This document shows positions 57,178 to 64,000 of a stretch of DNA of 64,000 bases, one piece after another (the stretch's first letter is position 1; every line of letters starts with the position of its first letter). The notes under the pieces are model-generated. The model searched no databases, had not been told where the DNA came from, and saw nothing but the letters and a program-made list of their open reading frames with translations. The stretch lies in IMG/VR virus record IMGVR_UViG_3300037517_002797; one strand, 5' to 3'. Source of the DNA: an uncultured virus (IMG/VR IMGVR_UViG_3300037517_002797) (lineage: Duplodnaviria > Heunggongvirae > Uroviricota > Caudoviricetes). The position numbers and the translations under genes were made by a program.

Positions 57178-58959
57178 TTATTGAACCGGTGTGACACTAA
57201 TTGGTTGTGCTTCTGTCGCTGGTGTAGGTGTGTCTTCAACTGGCCCAGGCACAACAAGTGGTGCCCCTTGCGGTGTAGGTGCAGGTGCTGCCTCTGCTTC
57301 TGGTGCAGGGGCTTCTGGTGCAGGGGCTTCTGGCTGTACGCCTTGCAGCATCTGCTGAACTTCTGGTGGAATTGGCGCAACGCTTTGTGCTTGCTGTGCA
57401 GCACGAGTTGCTTCAATAACTTCAGGAGCAACTGCCGCGAGCATCGCTTCAGTAAGCTCTGGAGTAATTGCACCTTTCTCCATAAGAATTCGTAGTGCCA
57501 TTTCTGTTGGCGTTGGCGCGTCGGCTTCAGAGAATCCATGCGCACGGCGCCATGTATCAAAGCTTACTGCCATGCGATCAAATCCACTGTCAGCGTCCAT
57601 TGCACGGTCGTTACGAGTTGCAACTGCGCTTGGGTCGTACCAAATTGTCATACGCTCTACATCTGATGGGTCAAAACCATTTGCCAAGAGATACGGACGC
57701 AAGTACACAACTGTGAGCGCGTCTGCGATAAGCAGCATCATTGGCTCGATGTGTGCCTTATACAGTGCTTCGTCAATCTGAAGCGCGTTGCTGTACTTTA
57801 CGTTTGCAAGACCTGTGACGATATCTTTTGGAACATCGAGACCTTGCAAGATACGCTCGAGAACGCGATCAGCACGTTGTGCAAGTGCTGGGTCAAATGA
57901 ACGCTCAAACTTGAACTGCTTGATCTTGTCACCAAGTTCAGCAGGTCCACGAATAATCAAAGGCACAACTGCTGATGCAGAGTCCTCGTCACGAATAGGC
58001 GTGGTCATCGCATCAATGAGTTGATCTTCAAATTCGTCAGCTGCTTCTTCAGGATTGAATCCTGGGTTGAGGTCGCCAACTTCATCAAATGGATAGTTCG
58101 GATCTGGAGTTGCTGCAACACTCAAGCCGTCTGGAAGGTACAGTGCACCAGCATTCAAACGTGAACGCGCCGTTGAACGGAACGTGCGGTTAAGCAACAA
58201 AAGCTCTGCGCACATGTCAAGCATTCCTCGTAGTGAAGAATCAGCCTCTTCAGAAAAGCGTGGGTGTGCGCGCCAGATGCGACCAACGAAAGCAGATCCT
58301 GGAAGTGCAGTGATGCCCTTGCCAGTTTTTCCACCAATTGATTGGCCACCCATCAAAATATCGCGGCGTGAGATAATTCCATAGTTGTTCTTTGAGTCAA
58401 CTTGAACTTCATCAACTGAACGAATATCCCATGACTCTGGAATTCCAGTTCCGATGCGCGCTGGCATCTGAACTAAGAAGCATTCACCGGCTACGCTAAG
58501 GTTGAGCGCGGCATCTCGGAGAAGTCCCGCTTGTCCACCGTATGCTGAGTCAAGTCGTGAGAGTGCGCGTTCTGCTGCTGCCGCGAGTCGCGCATCAACG
58601 ACCGCTGACGAGCGGACCGATACAGGTGCCTCTGCCGGGTTCTCGACGACCGCAGCATATAAACGTATGCGGCTAACAACAGAAGCAACAAGGTTAAAAG
58701 CATACTTGATCTCTCCAATCGCATCGTAGTATTCCCAAGCTTCACCCTGCCATGCACTCGATGTTGCTTGGCGACGAGCGCGGAAATGTTCTGCTTCTGT
58801 TTTGTCATTAAGCTTAACTTGAACTGCTGCTGCGGTCAATCCGCGCGGCGAAGAAAAAGGAGCGGCCTCTGCAAACGAATAACCAGACGGAGGAACCAAG
58901 CGTGTAGGCGGTGTCGATGTCCGACGGGTTGGTGCAATACTTTTGCGAAAAACAGCCAC
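57178..58959 (-). CDS. Portal protein
   Basis: WQ.EAW.YYD.IGE, L.V.GE, W..HPR, A.SRL.AG.L, GLD.P; position in head module. Confidence 0.85.
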   Translation of the reverse strand: MAVFRKSIAPTRRTSTPPTRLVPPSGYSFAEAAPFSSPRGLTAAAVQVKLNDKTEAEHFRARRQATSSAWQGEAWEYYDAIGEIKYAFNLVASVVSRIRLYAAVVENPAEAPVSVRSSAVVDARLAAAAERALSRLDSAYGGQAGLLRDAALNLSVAGECFLVQMPARIGTGIPESWDIRSVDEVQVDSKNNYGIISRRDILMGGQSIGGKTGKGITALPGSAFVGRIWRAHPRFSEEADSSLRGMLDMCAELLLLNRTFRSTARSRLNAGALYLPDGLSVAATPDPNYPFDEVGDLNPGFNPEEAADEFEDQLIDAMTTPIRDEDSASAVVPLIIRGPAELGDKIKQFKFERSFDPALAQRADRVLERILQGLDVPKDIVTGLANVKYSNALQIDEALYKAHIEPMMLLIADALTVVYLRPYLLANGFDPSDVERMTIWYDPSAVATRNDRAMDADSGFDRMAVSFDTWRRAHGFSEADAPTPTEMALRILMEKGAITPELTEAMLAAVAPEVIEATRAAQQAQSVAPIPPEVQQMLQGVQPEAPAPEAPAPEAEAAPAPTPQGAPLVVPGPVEDTPTPATEAQPISVTPVQ

Positions 58960-59003
58960 TACTTGTTGTCTCCTCGTTCGTTTGCTACGGAATTAACAAA
59001 AAC

Positions 59004-59291
59004 TTAGTCAATGCGGTAGAGTAATCCAACCACTGCTGAGATTGCAAATATGCAAGATACAACAACGGTTGTTTCACTAGCTATTGTATACATACCTACA
59101 AGACCTGATGCGACCCAAAGTCCCATACACCATTCGCACGTGATCAAATATCCGAGGCCAATTCCTTCTGGCTTTGACCATTTCCAAATCCACTCTCGGA
59201 TTGGATTAAGAATGTGATCGGTCGTGATCAGCCGAACAATGCGATACGCGGCCAGTGACAAGATGACTAATTCAAGTACGTTGATGTTCAT
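59004..59291 (-). CDS. DUF1360-like membrane protein
   Basis: LA.YR..RLIT.D.I..P.R, LITC.WC.G.W; hydrophobic helices. Confidence 0.75.
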   Translation of the reverse strand: MNINVLELVILSLAAYRIVRLITTDHILNPIREWIWKWSKPEGIGLGYLITCEWCMGLWVASGLVGMYTIASETTVVVSCIFAISAVVGLLYRID

Positions 59292-59668
59292 TCAACTGGA
59301 TCCTTTGATGAGTGCATTGTTCGTGATGGATTCCATGTCCGCAAACGGCTTCCACAACCGCAATTCTCGTCCTTTTCTACGGACAAAAACTTGCCGGTGA
59401 CGGTCGTTAGGGTTGCGCGCTTTTTTGTTTTGTCGAGAGTTGCTGGGTCGTATTTCTCTTGGAAGATCAAAACTGGGCCAGAGTTACTGTCAGCGGCGAT
59501 CATTACAGTGTCTCGAGTCAGCACTACGCGAACGGCCTCAACTCGGCGAGAGTGCTGTACGTGTATGGCCTCTGCCCAGGAAAAAGTGCTTTGGCTTTCT
59601 GCTGAAACAAGCGTTGAGTCAGGGCAAACTACAACGCGGGCAGGAAAGAGATCAAAGATACTGCTCAT
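59288..59668 (-). CDS. Hypothetical protein (CGCGSRLR motif)
   Basis: Start at MSSIF gives an ATGA overlap with the upstream stop. Confidence 0.65.
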   Translation of the reverse strand: MSSIFDLFPARVVVCPDSTLVSAESQSTFSWAEAIHVQHSRRVEAVRVVLTRDTVMIAADSNSGPVLIFQEKYDPATLDKTKKRATLTTVTGKFLSVEKDENCGCGSRLRTWNPSRTMHSSKDPVE

Positions 59669-60192
59669 TTTCCTACTCCAATTCTTCGGGCCATCGCGCG
59701 GTATGTCACATTGGCTGCTGACGCTAGTTCTATCACAGAAGCTCCCGCGCGGTAAAGCGAAATGCACAGTTGCGTAAGTTCTTCATTTGCCAAGGCGTAC
59801 GAACCAGTTGGATTTGCGCGGGCGCGGTAGCGGCGGGCAAGGGGTGCAAGTTGCGCTATTCTTTTTGCGTCATCATTCGAGATCTTTGGAAATGACGGAC
59901 TATAGAAACGACGTGCGCGTGAGTGCCTGTGGCGTGATTTTTCCGCTGCGGCTAAGTGAGATGAATGCGAAGAGGAAGAAGGAGGAGAGGGAACAATTGG
60001 GAGGGGGGATTTGGTTGGTTGTTGGGAGAGGGCACGGATTGACGAGCGTTGCTTGGGCGGCGTCCACGCGTCGGCGATTGCCGCGAACGTCCAGCCTGCC
60101 TCGCGAAGTGCACGTATCCGTGCACGAAGCACGTCGCCCGAACAAGAAACCAAAACCTTAACCTCATCATCTGGAAGCTTCATCTCTGGCAT
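59665..60192 (-). CDS. Double helix-turn-helix DNA-binding protein
   Basis: LREAGWTFAAIADA and LYRAGASVIELASAANVTYRAMARR; start uncertain. Confidence 0.65.
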   Translation of the reverse strand: MPEMKLPDDEVKVLVSCSGDVLRARIRALREAGWTFAAIADAWTPPKQRSSIRALSQQPTKSPLPIVPSPPSSSSHSSHLAAAEKSRHRHSRARRFYSPSFPKISNDDAKRIAQLAPLARRYRARANPTGSYALANEELTQLCISLYRAGASVIELASAANVTYRAMARRIGVGK

Positions 60193-60617
60193 CGTATCAT
60201 TCGTACACTGCACGTCGGCGCAGCGGAACATTTATGTACGAGATATACATTAAGGTTAGATGAGCTCGTAACTTCTGTACAAGAGGACGAATAGTACATT
60301 ATAGTAGTTGATTTTGGCCTGATAGACGGCTGTCGTTATTGAACGACATGTGTCAAATCGTTCCCACACGCATGTCTATGGCCTGTGTTTTCTGGCGCAG
60401 GAACGAGCGAGCAATGTGCGAGACACGTGATGACGTGTTAGTTGTATGAGCTACGACGTGCTTGGATTAGTACAGAGGTTGACATGGTTGTTGTCAAGGT
60501 GGCCTATGAGCAATGTCAGGTCACAATTAGTACATGAGGTAGTAACGAGTAGCCAAGGCGAGCACAAGCCAGCCAAAAGTAGTTCACTGATATATGAGAA
60601 GAATATTCACAGGTGAC

Positions 60618-60646
60618 TTGCTATTGTGCTAAAAGTTTGGTATATT
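60618..60646 (+). promoter_or_regulatory. Sigma70/SigA-type promoter
   Basis: TTGCTA-N17-TATATT with TG extended -10. Confidence 0.7.
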
Positions 60647-60689
60647 GATATCATCAGGTAATCGCCTGATACGACGAAAGGACAATAAC

Positions 60690-60890
60690 ATGAAGGCAAA
60701 TAAAAAGCACACGAAGAATCTAGAGGCAGTCCAAGCAAGAATCTCGGTCTTGCGTTACGAGATCTCTGTACGAAAAGAAGAACTCGAAGAACTTGCCAAC
60801 CACCTCGCTGATTTTGAACTTTCCCTCAATGTAGATATCCGAGGCCTAAAGGACGAGTTCGGGATCGTAGCAACTGGTTGGAACATCTGA
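60690..60890 (+). CDS. 66-aa coiled-coil hypothetical protein; the only credible plus-strand gene
   Basis: GAAAGGA RBS at 60676-60682, ATG at 60690, own promoter and terminator. Confidence 0.8.
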   Translation: MKANKKHTKNLEAVQARISVLRYEISVRKEELEELANHLADFELSLNVDIRGLKDEFGIVATGWNI

Positions 60891-60905
60891 AATAATAAAG
60901 CAAAC

Positions 60906-60932
60906 AGCGGGGGCGAAAGCCCCCGCTTTTTT
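60906..60932 (+). terminator. Rho-independent terminator
   Basis: AGCGGGGGC-GAAA-GCCCCCGCT followed by a T run. Confidence 0.9.
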
Positions 60933-61173
60933 GTTGTATAACGTGACCCGCATGAACATGTGTGCGACGTAACGAGTACCCGCATATGTATTGATGTTAC
61001 CCGCAAGGGCTAAGTCGTTACAAACGAGTACCCGCATAGGCATTGCGAATGACCAATATGTATTTGTACGAGTACGAGTACTCGATGACTAGTGGTATTA
61101 CCTCTCATGTCACCGCGCGTGGCTAAGGAGGCCACCTACTTACCGCGCAATGTCACCCGCACTAATGCCAAGG

Positions 61174-61288
61174 GTCTTGGCTATAGTTGATACCCGCATA
61201 CTATAGTTGGGCGCTTCAACTATAGTTGAGCGTCTTGGCTATAGTTGGGCGCTTCAACTATAGTTGAGCGTCTTGGCTATAGCTGGGC
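61174..61288. repeat. Tandem array of CTATAG palindromes, 19-bp period (38-bp unit x2)
   Basis: CTATAG at 61181, 61201, 61220, 61239, 61258, 61277; 61201-61238 equals 61239-61276. Confidence 0.9.
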
Positions 61289-61307
61289 ATGCCCGCATAT
61301 GTTGATG

Positions 61308-61784
61308 CTAGGCGAGATGGACAGTTACGTTCTGGTCACCATCAAAGAGGGCAACGAACGTCTCTGAGTTCATACAACCTTCACCCGCAATCGAGCGATC
61401 TTTTTGGAAGGAGGCGACTGCGATGTGAGTTAGTTCGCCATACCAGCCATCCTTGTCACTACCCGCATCGTGATACCCCAACTCGACGAGACGACGTTGG
61501 GCATGGTGGACTGTGAGCGACTTACGAGCGTACTTATTCATATACACGCACTTATCAAGATACACGTCGTCAGTGTCACCACCGCTTACGACGTGGCGCA
61601 CAGGCGATGGTGTCCCACCGCGTGTAGGCTTGCTGACCTTGGCTGGCTCTTCAATGACCGCAACTGGTTCTTCGGCAACCACTACTGGTTCTTCGGCTAC
61701 GACCACTGGTTCAGGCGTTACTTCAGCAACAACTTGTGCCTCAACGACTTCCTCAACGACTTCATTTGTTACTTCATCACTCAT
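61308..61784 (-). CDS. Peptidoglycan-binding domain protein with acidic EPVVVAE N-terminus
   Basis: V...QRRL.ELGY....DG.YG..T..AV..FQ....I..EG......T. Confidence 0.75.
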   Translation of the reverse strand: MSDEVTNEVVEEVVEAQVVAEVTPEPVVVAEEPVVVAEEPVAVIEEPAKVSKPTRGGTPSPVRHVVSGGDTDDVYLDKCVYMNKYARKSLTVHHAQRRLVELGYHDAGSDKDGWYGELTHIAVASFQKDRSIAGEGCMNSETFVALFDGDQNVTVHLA

Positions 61785-61811
61785 TTTTCTTACTCGCTTT
61801 CGTTGTTACTT

Positions 61812-63245
61812 TTAACGATTTGGATTGAATACACGACCACCGCGTCCACTGCCGCCAGCCGCCCCGCCATTACCGCGCCACGCTGGCATACGTCTACCCG
61901 CATGCGATCTTGCCGTAATTGTACCACCTACGAAGCCGCTTGGTGGCTTGATCATTAACGCAGTAAGCGCGTGAACGAGCGCATCAACTCTGTCTGGCGA
62001 CTTACCTTCGCCCGGAATCCACGAACACATTTGGGATTCAAGGTCGGCTAGGTAGTTGATGTGATGAATACGTCCTTGCTCGTAGGCCAATGTAACTGGT
62101 TCTGCCCGCAACGCTTTACCGTATTTTGAATGGACTTCAAGGACTTTAATGTGAGGATCAATTGCGTTGATTGCATTACGAACGAGTGCGCCACCTTGGT
62201 TAACTTCAGCAACGACTGGACAACCATACTTACGTGCCATCGCAACAACCGCATTTGCCCAGACTTCTGGCGAACCATGAATTGTTGCGTCTTCCATTAC
62301 CCATGCTTGACGTTTATACAAATCGTGATCTGCAGTTGATGCGCATACAACGATCCCGCATTCGTCACGTGGGTTCTCTGCGACTGACGGGTCAACGCCG
62401 ACTACACGAAGTGGCGCGCCTACTGGAAATACGTCTTGCCTGCTTTTTTCAATCAATTCAATTGTCCAAAGCGCACCTTCAACGTCGCTCAACATTTCGC
62501 CATAAAGTTCTTGCGCGGCCAGACGAGTACCCGCATATACGCCTGTGATTGCGTCAAGATAGGTTTCAGATAGGTTACCCGCATTGTCCATCGTTGAACC
62601 TTTTGAAATAACGACACGACCAGTCTTTTCAGCTTCATTGATTAGTGCGTACAAAACAGGAACTCTTTTTGGGGTTGTTGTGCAAATGATCTGTGGCGAG
62701 CTGCCAAGTCGCGTTCCCACTCGTAAGTTATCCCATGACGTCATGCCCGCAGCGTCGGGCGACTGACGCCACGCAGCGATTTCATCTGCCCAAGCATAGT
62801 GGAATTGAGGACCGCGTAAACCATCTGGTTCATCGGCAGTAAAACATGTAGCCGTATTACCATTTGGCCATGTTAGTCGGCGCTTTGATGGTTCGTACAG
62901 TGGTCGTTCGCTTGGAGGTGACACGTTGATGATACCTGACTCACCTTCAACGATAACGTCACGCACGTCAGCTGCAGTACGTGCAACAAGCGCGAACCGC
63001 AATTGACCTTTGTCAGTTCGCTTTGCCATATCGCGTACCCACTCAGCGGCTGCACGTGTCTTGCCAGCACCACGACCAGCTAGGTACATCCATATCGCCC
63101 AATCATCACCCGCAGGCGGTAACTGTTCTGGCCGAGCCCACGCTTTCCAGTCCCATATCAACTGTTCCATGTCAAGACCTTCAAGCACGGCACGTTGTTG
63201 ATCAACTGGAAGCAGTGCAATCTGCTCCATTACGCTTTTACCCAT
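61812..63245 (-). CDS. terL: Terminase large subunit
   Basis: AGRGAGKT, LRGPQF, WADE, TTTP, VGVDP, EVNQGG, SPDRVDA. Confidence 0.95.
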   Translation of the reverse strand: MGKSVMEQIALLPVDQQRAVLEGLDMEQLIWDWKAWARPEQLPPAGDDWAIWMYLAGRGAGKTRAAAEWVRDMAKRTDKGQLRFALVARTAADVRDVIVEGESGIINVSPPSERPLYEPSKRRLTWPNGNTATCFTADEPDGLRGPQFHYAWADEIAAWRQSPDAAGMTSWDNLRVGTRLGSSPQIICTTTPKRVPVLYALINEAEKTGRVVISKGSTMDNAGNLSETYLDAITGVYAGTRLAAQELYGEMLSDVEGALWTIELIEKSRQDVFPVGAPLRVVGVDPSVAENPRDECGIVVCASTADHDLYKRQAWVMEDATIHGSPEVWANAVVAMARKYGCPVVAEVNQGGALVRNAINAIDPHIKVLEVHSKYGKALRAEPVTLAYEQGRIHHINYLADLESQMCSWIPGEGKSPDRVDALVHALTALMIKPPSGFVGGTITARSHAGRRMPAWRGNGGAAGGSGRGGRVFNPNR

Positions 63246-63280
63246 GCGCTAATTGTATACCGCGTTAGACGCAGTGTGGG

Positions 63281-63442
63281 TTAATCGTTGTCCCACGCCT
63301 CGTATTCGTCATCGCCCATCAGGTTACGCAAATATCTTTCATTACTATCCGCGTCACGCTTTGCGATACGACGTAGTTCACGTTGGTCGTCCTCAACCGT
63401 GGTTGGACCACCTTCAAGTCTTAGGTATTCTGGTTCATTCAT
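63281..63442 (-). CDS. Small acidic hypothetical protein (53 aa, below the ORF-track cutoff)
   Basis: Manual translation MNEPEYLRLEGGPTT...EAWDND; GAGG RBS. Confidence 0.55.
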   Translation of the reverse strand: MNEPEYLRLEGGPTTVEDDQRELRRIAKRDADSNERYLRNLMGDDEYEAWDND

Positions 63443-63497
63443 GTATTGCCTCGTGCTTACTTATGTTGGTGAGTACATTGTATCGTCTTGAGTTTCA

Positions 63498-63653
63498 TTA
63501 ACGAACCGCAAGCGATGATTCTTCGTACCTTTCACGAGCGACCTTTTCAATCAATACTTGGTCATGGTATTGACCGCGTTCAACTAAACCATGATACGCG
63601 CTTTCGCATAACCGCTTACGTGTATCCTCGTCAAGGTCTTCCCAACGCTTCAT
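63498..63653 (-). CDS. Small hypothetical protein (51 aa, below the ORF-track cutoff)
   Basis: Manual translation MKRWEDLDEDTRKRL...SSLAVR; AAAGGAG RBS. Confidence 0.6.
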   Translation of the reverse strand: MKRWEDLDEDTRKRLCESAYHGLVERGQYHDQVLIEKVARERYEESSLAVR

Positions 63654-63666
63654 GCGTCTCCTTTAT

Positions 63667-63936
63667 TTATGGATTACTTGGTAGAAATAGTTGCTGCCCT
63701 GGATAGATCTCTGTGAAACCGTACTCTTGAACCAGGTCGTCAACCGCGTTGACTACGTTACCTGAACAATTTGCGTGGGCTATTTCCCACATTGTGTCGC
63801 CTTCTTGGACGATCACTGGCTTGGTATTGCAGACGTACGCATTGAATTGATTGTTCATGCTATTCCAAATAGCAAATGCAGCTGCGATTACCGCAATGAA
63901 TACCGCATACATCACTTTTTCAAGTACCTTTGTCAT
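63667..63936 (-). CDS. Membrane-anchored LysM protein (YneA/ChiZ-like architecture)
   Basis: N-terminal TM helix; VQEGDTMWEIA...IYPGQQL.LP; AGGAG RBS. Confidence 0.75.
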   Translation of the reverse strand: MTKVLEKVMYAVFIAVIAAAFAIWNSMNNQFNAYVCNTKPVIVQEGDTMWEIAHANCSGNVVNAVDDLVQEYGFTEIYPGQQLFLPSNP

Positions 63937-64000
63937 TTCATCTCCTGTCGTAATCCGCCTGAGTTAATTGTACAATCCTTAGTTCGTACTTGCCTTCGTC

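Larger units (their letters stand above)
60946..63114 (+). repeat. Dispersed, same-orientation ACCCGCA motif (12 exact copies)
   Basis: Copies at 60946, 60978, 60999, 61030, 61155, 61192, 61383, 61461, 61896, 62529, 62577, 63108. Confidence 0.85.

Noticed and set aside
60755..61043. Minus-strand ORFs of 83 and 65 aa
   Set aside because: They run through the terminator and repeat field antisense to the well-signalled plus-strand gene
61174..61288. Possible mini-CRISPR array
   Set aside because: Units are contiguous and the intervening sequences repeat; there are no unique spacers or cas operon
1..64000. tRNA/rRNA genes, integrase, transposase, reverse transcriptase/DGR
   Set aside because: None recognisable by eye; intergenic gaps are short. 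A tRNAscan/Infernal run would be needed to exclude small RNAs in 60250-61300

Overview
The window is a 64-kb segment of a tailed dsDNA bacteriophage genome with siphovirus-type tail genes. Gene content and head architecture resemble actinobacteriophages of the mycobacteriophage cluster-B type; the host is inferred, not shown. Almost every real gene is on the minus strand. Reading in transcription order (right to left): LysM membrane protein, terminase large subunit, a repeat-rich non-coding region containing the only plus-strand gene, portal, a Dps-fusion protein, a 6091-aa multi-enzyme 'polyvalent' protein, a 1686-aa prohead-protease polyprotein, two capsid proteins, neck/tail genes with a -1 frameshift chaperone, tape measure, and a Pro/Cys-repeat tail fibre. 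These are followed by a double 2OG-Fe(II) oxygenase and a Gnt1-like glycosyltransferase, then nucleotide-modification and replication genes (dNMP kinase-UDG fusion, Asp-type thymidylate-synthase homolog, dCMP deaminase, Pol A, RuvC-like, SNF2 helicase, Cas4-like nuclease, AAA, DUF669-like, GT-B, APH-like kinase, HAD). Most notable: (1) a likely virion-packaged 18-kb effector gene (4 WYL, KTSC, 2-3 ART, kinase, exonuclease, UvrD, 2 Nudix) that shares putative targeting and cleavage motifs with the other head proteins; (2) a candidate phage-encoded prolyl-hydroxylation/O-glycosylation system for a mucin-like tail fibre; (3) a cytosine hypermodification pathway; (4) an oriented ACCCGCA array and a 19-bp-period CTATAG array next to the terminase gene. 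All domain calls are motif recognition by eye; no database searches were run.
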